64,000 nt of DNA from the NCBI GenBank assembly GCA_047495785.1, contig JBLDXI010000007.1, forward strand, positions 3,348,001 through 3,412,000, given 5' to 3'. Position numbers and translations under genes: made by a program. The notes below the pieces were generated by a model that worked only from the letters and a program-made list of their open reading frames with translations, searched no databases and was not told the DNA's origin. Source of the stretch: Lepidodermella squamata (lineage: Eukaryota; Animalia; Gastrotricha). Below are positions 24,906 through 36,408 of this stretch, in pieces (positions within the stretch are counted from its first letter, which is position 1; each line of letters begins with the position of its first letter).

Positions 24906-25461
24906 AAAATATTCATCGGCGGGGTCCCCGAAACTCGACGAAGAGTTTTGCTTTGCGAACGAATTGTGTGGCAGTGCATTGTCTGATTGGTCGTTCGCTA
25001 AGGCTGTTACATAGTTAAATATTGTTATTGTTGATGAGCTGGTCGGGATGCGAACCAGTGCGACTCGCAGCTACCGGTGGCAATATGTTGCGCAAACCAA
25101 ATCAATGAAATATCATTTTAAGGGTGAGGCAGTTCAGTCAATGTTAACAGAAATTTTACTCGTACTGGAAATTAAATGGTTTAAATCGAAAACTAAACCG
25201 TTAAGCAATTACCGAATCTCCAGTGCATAGGAAGTTAAACTCGAAAAGCAATAAATGTTTGGCACTGGATATCAATTGTTAAGTGCTTTCGAATGGAAAC
25301 AGGAAATACTAAGGCGCCTGAATTAACATTCAAATTTGATCACATTGCAAATTCAGGGCTGAACAGTTATAACGAAAAAGTTATAATAAGGCGCTGTTCG
25401 TGTTACTTCTGTCCAGACAACCATCGGTTACTTAGAAATCCCAGGATATCATTAATCATCT

Positions 25462-28400
25462 TCAGAAAGCCACCAATGCTGCGTAGACGTTGATAACGAG
25501 GAAAATGTCGAAGTAGATGAAGAAGGCTGCGAGGTCCATCGCTCGAGCATAACAGACTTTCGTAGCTCCAATTGATACTTTGAACTTCTTTGACATCAGA
25601 TGCGGAAATTTAGCAGTTGCGGCGAACATTGCCGCTTCATAAAGAGCTATCATTCCAGTGAGGCCAGATAGGATCAAAATGTATTCAGCCATGAGGACTG
25701 ACTCGGCTGTATCAGGAATTAGCTGAAGAACATCAGACTGGATCACAATCATGCTGAGCAGAAGAGTGCCAGCGAATGCTGGACGATCAGGAACGTCCGG
25801 CTGAAAGATGAGGGATGAGAAACCTAGCGCCATCAGAATTGAACAGGGTGCTAGCGAGTTGATGAGATATGGTATTGGTTTTCGAGCAAAGCCCACAGTG
25901 AATCGCGTATAGCCTGATGTTCCATTTCGTCTAAGCAGGGAAGTAGTGATGCCGTAGGCCGAAATTGACGACTTCAGTTCCCACATTTCGCTGTCGAAGC
26001 TTCCAGGAATTTCAAGGCGAACCCCGCCAAATGCGACAAATTTATCAGCTTCATCAAGGGCAAACGTAAAATCACATGTTTGCGAATCAAAGGGAAATTT
26101 CCGAAGCTTCAAGACACATTTAGATCGAATTATACCAAATCTCATCCAATGGAAAAACAGCGTACGATTAGGGGTAGTTGGATAGTAGGCTATATGAATT
26201 TGTTCTTTAAAGCCGTTTTCCATGTAAATATCAGTGGTCGTGTTTGTGAATCGCATGCTTGGCACCCATAGCTGCCGTCTGTCAACCGTATACACGCGAT
26301 CGGCATCATTGACTGCAGGAGCAGTTGTGTCACTAGGACAGGCGTTCACGATCCATTGAACTACGACACTTCCAGAGATCGAGATCTGCCGAGCCTGGGC
26401 GTCGATATCATTCAACCGATCCATCTCAAGAGTCAAGAAAATTTTGGTTCCAATAGCTGGTGATCTGTTTGATATGCAAGGTACGTCTAAATTCTAAAAT
26501 GTAATCTTTGTTTCATGAAAAACCTGTTTGCAATGTCAAGATATTTGCAAGTTTTCAAATCGTCGATCTCGATTAAAGGAATGATATTGCCATCGATCAA
26601 ATTAGGTATCAAAAACTCCGAGCTGTTTGTTGCAAAATCATAAGTTCTGGGACCAAGCGTAGTCGGTAGATTGGTCGTGGACGCAGATGCTTCCAGGCCC
26701 CACAAATGGAAATTCGAAACTGTAGCATCTCCTTGAGTACCGTTAATTCCATAAAGCATGATGTTAGCATTGCCTTTCGCAATCTGATTTGAGCTCAGGC
26801 CACTTGCATTTGCATTGGACAAAATGATCATCGAATTGGTGTTGTTGTCTTCAGGTAAAGGAACAAGAGCGACCTGGAGGAAAGCTTATCTATTATTGGT
26901 CATATTTTGAACATATAATACTTACAGAGACCAGGTCGCTAACGCTTTGAACAACGATGCGGAAATATGCCGTGCCCGAACTGTTGAAAACGTTTGTAAT
27001 AGTGATGGACTCGTAGTCGTAGGATAGAGGAACAGTTTGGCTGATATTTACCACATTAGCATCGTAGGATAGGTACAACTTCCCACCAATACCGATTTGC
27101 AGAGCCAGGTGAAGGCCATCATAGTTGTCGAAGGTATCAGGACTAGCTGTAGTCCGTTTCTTACGACCTGCCGTGCTCATACCTTCGTAGAAGGCTTCGT
27201 AAAACAGATACATTAGGGTATTAGTGTTGACTTACTGACGTCTGCTGGGTGCCCAGTGATAGCAAATACAAGGTATCCATACGTAGCCCCTGTCGGGTCG
27301 TACTTACAGCTGACATCCATTTCGGCTCGGAATGGAACAAAGCCCATCTCTGACGGCAGCTTTTTGTCCAATAATGCCGATCCGTAATCAGCTGTCGGGT
27401 AAGAATTGAGAATCACCCCAGTTTTGTTACTCGTTGCGCTCGCCTTCACTATGAATTTAGCTGTTGCGTTGATAGTTGAATTTGTGTCGTAGGACAGATG
27501 GCCGAGGAAGGTCGGATGGCCAGACCATAAGTAAGGCAATGGCATCGACTGCAAATCCGGCTCTGGGACCATGTACCCAGGCATAGGAGTTGACGTGGTT
27601 GTGACGGTAGTAGTAGTAGTGGATGTTGATGTCGATGGGGTTGTAGTTGTTTTTGTTGTTGAAGTACTTCGAGTCGTTGTTGTAGGTGTCGTCGTTGTTG
27701 TCGAGGTCGTCCTGGTTGATGAAGTTGACGTAGTCGGGGTTGTGGTCGTGGTGGAAGTCGACGTTGTTGGGGTGGTAGTTGTTGTAGTCGATGATGTAGT
27801 TGTAGGTGTCGTAGTCTTGGTTGTAGTCGTTGGAGTCGTGGTCGTGGTTGATGTTGTCGTCGGAGTTGTCGTACTGGTTGATGGGGTGGTTGTTGTAGTA
27901 GACGTGGTTGATGGAGTTGTTGTCGTTGTAGTTGTAGTTGTAGTTGTGGCAGTAGTAGACGTTGTCGTGGGAGTGGTAGTTGTAGTTGAAGTTGTAGTCG
28001 ATGGCGTTGTGGTAGTCGAAGACGTCGAAGCGCTCGCGGTCAGTCTCCAAAAGTAAAAATTTCTGATATATGTCTCGCCATGTTGATAATTGCAGAAGTT
28101 GTTGATTCGTAGTTTCACATTGCCAGTAGTCCATATTGTGTTCATCCCCGTTACATTTACATAATCAACACAAACCTTTGCCTGCAGGGTACTCAACGGC
28201 GCCATTGCCACAGTCAGGTTCTGTCCAAATGCTTGCATTATCAGGCGAAATCGAGCAGTTCCTGAGGAATCGAACAGCCCAGTGCCACAACCCTGTGCCG
28301 TTACTGCAACTATGGGAGAACATGGCACTTGACAAGTTGAGCTGATAGCTGAGGGGCTGAACAAAATTCGCATCTTCCCACCGTTCATCAGTTCTTGCCA

Positions 28401-29028
28401 TACGGTGAAACCTCGGAAATTTGCCATGATATCGTAGCAGCCACTATAGTCGGCTATAGATAATAACGAATTTAAGATGAACCCGTGGTGGAAAAATCAA
28501 GGTAAAGTCACTCGGGTAATTCAGCGAAAGGCTTGAGAACATAACACCAAGCCAACCAGGCGTGCTGCTGGAATATGTTCCGTCGTAAAAAGCGGTAACG
28601 TCCATTTCAGCGCGCCAATCCGTAGTCGTCGTAGGGAAGTACTTACGTGAAAAATAAGCAATCTCATGCAGTCAATCCATTGAAGAAAAAACTTACCGTA
28701 TCTGCAGAAATTCGCCCGTAGTCAGTCGAGTCTGTAATGTCTCCAACTTGATAAGAATCGGACAATTGATACGCAGAATCGTAAAGAGTGAACGTCTGTG
28801 AACCAGCAATGCTCGCGTTCGTCTGGTCAAATGACATGTTGGCCAAATACAACGCAGATCCAGAAAAAAGATACGGCATAGGAAATGTTGTAGTATCTGG
28901 TACGGGGGTTATTAGTGAAGCTATAAAGCATAATCAGTAAACAGACGAAAACTTTCTAGAAACACATGAGCCTTACCCACTCCACTAGCATGAATGATCA
29001 TGCCCATCAGAAGAACTTGTAAATTCAT
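25462..29028 (-). CDS. Gene D: two-extra-domain Cys-loop receptor, close paralogue of B
   Basis: Same 7-exon layout as B; signal peptide MNLQVLLMGMIIHASGVA; ORF pieces 28664-28879, 27213-28427, 26893-27213, 26487-26831, 25462-26436; Cys-loop CVLKLRKFPFDSQTC. Confidence 0.92.
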
Positions 29029-29299
29029 TTCGAATCTGTAGCTAACTTGATGATTATTGTCATTTGAAAGCAAAAGGTTCAAAAGGCAATCCCATGTACG
29101 ATTTTTGTTGCCACGCCCCTGCAAATTAACGATGCAAAAACATGACGGAACTCAGCTTCAGGAGTTTGCTTCGCATTTTCAGTGGGCGTCTTTTTACATG
29201 CGTCTAATGTTTGCGAGTTTTCAACTCACGAATTGAGTCTTTCGTCGCCAGGAAAGCTAATGTCACGATCGTCCGAGCGAAAAATATATGTGCTACCAG

Positions 29300-29560
29300 A
29301 AAGGCATTCAAACCACGCGTGTATTTTGCTTTGTGCTGTTGTTCCGGTCCAGACCATCGCCGCCTCAACATCGACGTGTGAAACCTATCAGAGCTTTCGT
29401 GAAGGAGAAAAAATACTCGTAGTAGCGATGCGTTTTGTCATCAGCTGCGGCAGATCGATAGCTTTCAAGCGCGAGCTGAGTTCGTGGCGGAATGCTTCGT
29501 TGGCGAGCTTCATGCCCGTTTTACTTTGGCATTCGGTATTGTCATCCAGGATTTCAGCCT
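29300..29560 (-). pseudogene. Decayed copy of the neprilysin last exon upstream of gene D
   Basis: Translates EILDDNTECQSKTGMKLANEAFRHELSSRLKAIDLPQLMT vs neprilysin KTLDDNIADVTGMKLAYAAFRREIGSRLRAIDLPQLTT. Confidence 0.85.
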
Positions 29561-30466
29561 GACGATTTCTAGCGCTATTCCGACTATTATCTTCGGTTGG
29601 CAATTTCGAAGACGGGACATGATAAAAACGTAATAACGTCATAAAAACAATAGAAACGTTACATGAAAGTTTTTAGCTTTTGAGAAGCTTACGGTTTATT
29701 CGTTGGGTCATCATTTTGCCACTCCCTTATTGCACAACAAGGAAACTTCGAAAAAGCTGATGCAAGGAACATTTTATTCTGGGACATGAAAAAACGATAG
29801 AGAACGTAAATTTTAATTTCTTTATGTCAATCACTCTCAGCAAACCAACGGCTGGTAACGGGTGGTAATGCGTGGGTAACGGCTGTTAACGCAAGGGAAA
29901 CGCCTCCAGCCGTTATCAAGCGTTTTTTTAGGGTTAGAGCGCGGCGACCCAGGGTTTTCCACGAGTTATCAGGAATTCATAGGCGTTATTTATATTGATG
30001 TGCTAACGGCTGCATAGTTTTAGTTGGGGTCGAATTATCAAGCGTTATTTTTTTAACGCTTCAAAAAATCGTAATGCCTGAAAACGCCTCGATGGGCATG
30101 AAAATGCTTGGTAACGCCTAAAATTGGCTGATGATTACATAACAATGGCCATATGCAGCATATCCACATCCACACCATATCCACATGCAGCAAAATTTTC
30201 TCTTCATTTGCGTTTGTTTCACAATGAAAGTTTCACCAAGTTTAAAAATCGAGATTTCAAACTGCAAGACCGATTAAGGTCAAAAATTTTCATCGTAAGC
30301 CATCGTACTGGGTGTTATTGGCGCAGAAAATAGCTGACCATGCCTCTTCAGGGTATATTGCCTATTTTAGGCTTCGGCTCTAAATTTATCAATTTTGTTC
30401 GGTTGATTTATTAGGCTAATTTTGCCGGTGGTTCGCGACAGTGACCAGCAAGTCAGTGTTTAAAGG

Positions 30467-32969
30467 AAGTAACATGAAACCCGCGAACTTTTATTTTCTT
30501 TTCTCGAACCATTTTAACTTAAAGCGTCGGAACCATCGGATTATTCAATTTTTATATTTTAAATAATAAGCATCGGAAAAGTCGCCTTTATATTTATTCT
30601 TATTTTCCGATGTGTTAAGACATTATGTTCGATCAAATAAGTAACTTTCAATGAGTCGCAAATTAAGACTTAATTAAGAACGTCCCCGCCCCCGTCGGCG
30701 ACCCGCGCCACGGCCGCGAGCAACCGCCGGAGCAACCAGCTCTTCTGGAGGCTCTACCCCGCGTCCACGACCGCGACCTCGGTTTCGTGGCATCGCTGCT
30801 GTAGCGGCAATCGGAGCATCTTCAACTGCCAGCAAATCAACTGATCCCCGTCCTCGTCCTGATCCACGGCCTGGGGGCCGCGGATGACCTCTTCCTCGAA
30901 CAACAGCGGGTAGTTGCTCCACTGTGGTGGCTTGTCCTCGACCACGTCCACGGCCGCGACCTCGTGCTCTAGAGCCTCGACCAATCGGTTCCGTTTCAGG
31001 AGGACCAGCAGGAAAAGTGGCTTCAGTAGCTGTTTCAGGAGCCATGCCAACCTGCTTAGCGAATTCCAGCGCACGGCCGTGGCGAGGCGGCCTACCCCGA
31101 GGGTTACCGCGCAGCACCAGCGGAATCGACTGAAGATGTTTCTCAATCGGTTTCGAATCCAGCTTGTGACCGAGAGCTACAACATGCTCGCACGGAATTT
31201 TCTTGGAACCTAAGCGGCACGTACAGCTGATAAGATTTGGCTCGGCAGTGATCAGTGAACAGAAGTCAATCGAACATTCAAATTGGGCCAAACTCGTCCA
31301 CAAGGCTGTCGTTCGCGCTTCAGAAACAACACTGTTGACCTGCCAGCCAGGTTTCATAACGAGCCATGATGAGGGACCGACTTCTTCGAAGCACTGCCGC
31401 CATCTCATCCTTGGCAAGCTGCCACAACAGCAAAAACTAAAAATGAAAAATTGTTAATTTCGGAATATCTTAACACCGTCGGAATCACCTCAGGGCGTGA
31501 CAATGCGAGCTAAACGAGCGTTAGTAGGTCGTGCACCTTATACCACAATTTGATCCGACTCTCTGTAAACAAAGGTAAAATTGCCTTACGACCGTCGGAA
31601 AGAGGCAAATTACTTATACGCCCAAACCATTTCCGCGCGTTGAACTTCACATGAAAACAGCACATCAATCGTAGCACTGCTCCCTTGCCAAAGATTGTTT
31701 CGATCGCAGTAGTAATATAGCCCGCGCCATCTGCCATTACCGCCATCGGAATTACCGCCATCGGCATAAACTTTCTCAAACTACGAAAAATGACCTCGTA
31801 TGCTCTGCCGTTTTCGTTGCTCGCAACTCCGAGTAAAATGGGGTGAAACTTGCGGTTTTTGTCACTTGAGCCGCCAATAAAGACCTTGTGGCCACCCTGG
31901 ATTACCTTGTGCGTGGCATCGATTTGGAAACTTCTAGCAACGGCCAGAAGATTAAGGAGGAACGTGCAGCTAATGACAACTGCCCAGAACGGCTTCCTAT
32001 CCTTGTTAGCCAGCGATTCCTCGACTTCGTAGTGGACGACATAAGGTTGTTTGTCATCGACAGGTTTCTGAGTTCGTGATTCGCACCAGGCATGAAGCTC
32101 GGCTGTTCCGAAAGAGCTTGAAAGCGCGTCAGGACCAACAGTTGCCATTCGATGTTTTCTCTTCAACTGTTGCTTCAAATTGGCGACTTGCCTCGTTGTC
32201 AGCTTTGGATTGTCTTTGATGAGCGGCTCCCTGATGTACTTGGGTGGATCATTGATATGATCCAGCACATATCGCCTCACCTCGGCTGTTAACACGCTTG
32301 TCGAATTGATTGGATGCACATGAGCGCCGCCACACGAAAACACGGCTTGGTCAGGAGACCATTTGAGTACACCCCGGTGGGGGCAATCCTTTGAGCCTGA
32401 CTTCCGATACTTACAGACGTAATAGCATGTTTCCTTGTTGAAACCGCTCTTGTTAGTGTCAATCCAGAGAATGCTGTAGTTCCGCTTGACGTAGTCCTTG
32501 GCTTCATGGAATGTAATGCCGAAAGGCAAAGTTTCGAACAAATCAAACTCAAATTCATCTGCCGGCTTCGGGTCGGCAATAAAGTCATTTTCATCGTCAA
32601 CCAGAGCAGGGTCATCTTCATCCCAGTCCTGATCTTGATTCTCGACCGACTGCCCATCGATAGCCTCGTCGGAGTCCTCAAATTCCTCTACACTTCCGTC
32701 AGATTCGTACAATTTCAAAAAATTCATGTTTCAAATGATGAAAATTGGGAGAATAAATTAATGTTTAATAAATCGTTCATTGCTGCTTCAATTTAGCGCG
32801 AATTCCGACGGTTTAAGGTAGTGTTACGATACATTAGTCGCGTGTTCCGATGAAATAAATCAAAACAAGTCATTCCGATGGTTTAATTTACTTTCCTTGC
32901 GATTTTTGTATTTCCGACGCTTTAAGTCAAAATGGTACGCGAAAAGAAAATAAAGGTTCGATGATATCC
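30467..32969 (-). mobile_element. Mutator-like element (MULE) with transposase, SWIM finger and RG-rich tail
   Basis: 9-bp TSD GTTTAAAGG at 30458-30466 and 32970-32978; ~48-bp TIRs at 30484-30532 and 32902-32950; ORF 31510-32727 with IDATH, MADGA, CCFH; ORF 30674-31417 with CTC-x7-CEH and PRGRP AT-hook. Confidence 0.92.
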
Positions 32970-34623
32970 GTTTAAAGGCACCCGAATAAGAGTACCGATG
33001 CGATTACGAGGCCAACCTGGTACGCGCGAATTCCGTTTGGTGTGCGATGGTCGAATGGCCTATTGGCCCGCCGATTTTCGATTTTCGAATCTCTCTCAGC
33101 GCTTTCATCCCGCCTAGTTTGACTCGACAGTCACCATGAGATATTGATGGGACACGGTTTTCCCGCGGTTTCTACGGCTGCCTACACCATCAAATTTATA
33201 AATTTCAGGTTTACAAATTTCAGGATCGGTTGAACAGGCGAACAGGATTGAAGCCACCTTAACGCGCAGCGTTGTTTGAATGACAGTTCGTTTGATAGTT
33301 TGAATGTCATCTGTCGCTATGGGCTGTGATTGGCAATATGATTTATGAGTTTTCATGTGAATGAGTGTTCAAGATTGCTAATGTGAACCGCATGTGAAGG
33401 TGCATGCAAGCATTACAGCAGCTAGCGCAATAGGGAGCATTAAGGAAACGCGGCTTTCGGCACAGTAGCTATAACGCTTGATGCTAGAACGCTGCCTTGG
33501 AGCGAAACCAAGTTAAGGTGGCTTTTCTTCTCTCTCCTGCCGACTGACTATCATCGAATTTTGACAAAACTTAATAGATATCGATGGACTTGAAACAATT
33601 TGATGGTGTAGCCGCACGGCATAGAGCTTTTTAGATCCAAAATCATTCACCAAAATTCTAACTCAATAATAGTTTTCTCGAAATTTGGAGCCTCCAAAAA
33701 GATTATGCACAAAGGCGGTTAAAATTTAAGGTAACTTTCCAAAAAAAATCAAATTTTTCACGTACGGATTACGGCAAAATTTTCCAAATTCCACCGCATA
33801 GGTACCTATCACCTCCAGCACCACTTCATCACGCTTTCTTACTCGTGCTATTACTTTTACCAACAAAAATTCGGGCAAATTTCAGGAAAAGCCCTTTGAA
33901 TTCTCAGTCGCTTGCCGATTATACGAGATTCTATCCACAAACTGATGGTTGCTTGAATCTGAGTCTCGAAAAATCATACGATTACACAGTACACAGTTAT
34001 CTTATGACCTGAGCAGCTTCGGCATGATTTCGATAACCACACTTTAAGCTAGGATGAGGCAAGATTTAGCCTGAAGTAGCCCAGGAGACAGCAGATGAGT
34101 TCCCATTATTCACCTGAAAATGACTGGAATCGCACCAAATCGCACCAAATCAATGGCAGGTATTGGCCATTAATGATGAATTTCTGATGATTTATGACGA
34201 AATTTATACGTAAACCCTCGAAAGGAGGGGCTCTTCTAAAATGTAACTATTTGAAGTGAGATAAATAATGGGATTTTCAAGACTTTTACAATGAATCATC
34301 GAAAAAATCGGATGTAAGGCTGGGGCATCACTTCTCTTTAACACTTCAGCTGCCTAATCGCGCGGATTTGCTTCGAAAATCGGGCGGGATTCGAGACCAA
34401 GAGGTACTAAAAGCAGCAAAACGGTGCAGCAAGCTGAAGATTTGCTGTTTACCTTGAAGAAATCAACAGCCAATGCGTTCTCAGCCCAGCGATATGCCGA
34501 TAGTAAAGTCAGTGGAACAATCGGTTTTAATGACTGGTTGAAGCGCCGAAAATAGACTAAGAACTAAGACTTATACTTGATTGCCATTCGCTCTTTCTCA
34601 TGCATTAATGTATCATTTTTTAT

Positions 34624-34899
34624 GTTGGATCAGGGCGACCTTAACGCCTGGACGAGTTATCAGGCGCTAGCAAGGATTTACGCCGTGCCCACTCGCGGAC
34701 TTTGAGTTTTCCGGCCAATTGGCTGGTTGGCCAAGTCGAAAACCTCACTTAGCCGAGCCTTGAGGCACGTTTGGTGAGGTTTTTCGACTTAGCCGACTGG
34801 CCATTTGGCCGTAAAACTCAAAGTCCGCAAGTTGGCACGGCGTAAATCCTTGCTAGCGCCTGATAACTCGTCCAGGCGTTAAGGTCGCCCTGATCTAAC
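34624..34899. repeat. Long palindrome or hairpin (~120-bp arms)
   Basis: gatcagggcgaccttaacgcctggacgagttatcaggcgctagcaaggatttacgccgtgcc is exactly inverted at about 34833-34895; inner arms are imperfect. Confidence 0.9.
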
Positions 34900-35235
34900 G
34901 CCTAATAATGGCTGAAATAAAGAGGAATTTACCTAACGCCTCGTTAACGCGTAATAAATGCCTGGTTTAACGGTTGATAACTCTTGGATGGGCTGACTTT
35001 CAGGAATTATTTAGGCGTTTTCCAAGCATTTCCAGGAATTTTTTGACTAACGCTTTGAAATTCCTGACTATTCAAAAAACCCAGACATTTCCCAGCCGTT
35101 ATTCACGCATTTTCCCAGCCGTTAGCCTAACGCGTTATGTCCGCAGGCATTTGCAGGCGTTAAAATCGATCCACCTTAACGCGTTAGCTTGCTTAGAGTG
35201 ATGAGCCGAAAATAATTAGAAACAAATCGGCAAAT

Positions 35236-35500
35236 GTCCAATAATGAATAATGCCGATCCGTAATCAACTATTAGATAGGAATTGAGTATGACCACAGCG
35301 TTGTTACTCTTTGCATTTGCGGTGACAATTAATTTAGGCGTTGCGTCGATAGTTGAATTTGTGTCATAGGATAGATGACCGAGGAAGGTCGCATGGCCAG
35401 ACCATTGATGTTGTCGTAGTAGTCGTTGATGTAGTTGATGTTGTTGATGTTGCTGATGTAGGTGTAGTCGGTGTTGTTGTCGTAGTTGAAGTTATTGTTT
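35236..35500 (-). pseudogene. Fragment of a B-type channel gene (Thr stalk and start of domain 2)
   Basis: Translates as TTT...WSGHATFLGHLSYDTNSTIDATPKLIVTANAKSNNAVVILNSYLIVDYGSAL, with an internal deletion; lies next to the large TIR element. Confidence 0.85.
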
Positions 35501-35799
35501 GGAGCTCCCGATTCTGGAAGCTCCCACTCCCTGTTGCTATAGCGAGATGTGCTTTTGCCCAGCTGGCAGGGTAACTCTACCTGTCAACGTGACAAGAGGC
35601 AGTAACGAATAATATTAGGTTTATTAGACTCTACGAAATGCCACATAACAATAGAGAGATGCAGCAGTAGTGTAACAGTCCGTGGTACGCCGTGTACAGT
35701 CTAGTCAGATCTGTTAGCTGGCCCCTACTGGCGTCCAGCAGTTCCACCCGAAAATAAGAACAAGTGGTTACAGTCGGAAATTCGAGCGTCTGTAACGCT

Positions 35800-36100
35800 C
35801 GCTTATGGTCCTACTAATTCAAAACAAGCAAGACTGCTTTGATCGCGTAGGGGTGCAGTTTCTCACCTCTTTACACTCTGTACAAGTCGAGGTTTTGAGA
35901 CGCTCAACTTGCAAAAGCGCCCTGTCCTCAATTGGCGCCCATGTTATATCGGAGATCCAGGGCTTCTTCTTATCGAACAGAAGAACTATTTATTATGGGA
36001 ACAAACTACCTGACGTCGTTTCTGCCTCTTTACATGTTTTCAAAAAATATCTTAATGTCGACTGTAATTTAGACAAATATCTTTTATCCTCAGTGAGGCG
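35800..36100 (+). mobile_element. 3' remnant of a CR1/L2 LINE
   Basis: FFLSNRRTIYYGNKLPDVVSASLHVFKKYL resembles the FFSNRVVxxWNxLP...SxxxFKxxL end of CR1/L2 ORF2. Confidence 0.6.
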
Positions 36101-36408
36101 CCTGGCTGGCTAATTGCCTACGCATGAAAATTGCACTTGCGATAACGAATAAAAAATAAATAAATAAATAAATTTCACCGACAGCTATCGGCGGGTTTCG
36201 AGGAGACTCCCTTGATGAGACGCCACTTTCCACACCTTCAGCCATGCCATGATTCCACTTTGGCATTTTCCCCATAAATCAATATTCTCATTTTTTTATT
36301 AAACCACCGATGAAAACACTTAAAACAAAAATTATAGTATCACAACGCCTTGTGGTCATGTTACTCTCCCTAATCGATCTGAAAACAGTGGTAACATCAA
36401 ACATTTTC

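Larger units (their letters stand above)
29832..35200. mobile_element. Large non-autonomous TIR element (CAC termini, 2-bp TSD; CMC/EnSpm-like) hosting a nested MULE
   Basis: Left CACTCTCAGCAAACCAACG; reverse complement of right end CACTCTAAGCAAGCTAACG; AT on both flanks; taacggc/taacgc subterminal repeats at both ends. Confidence 0.6.
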
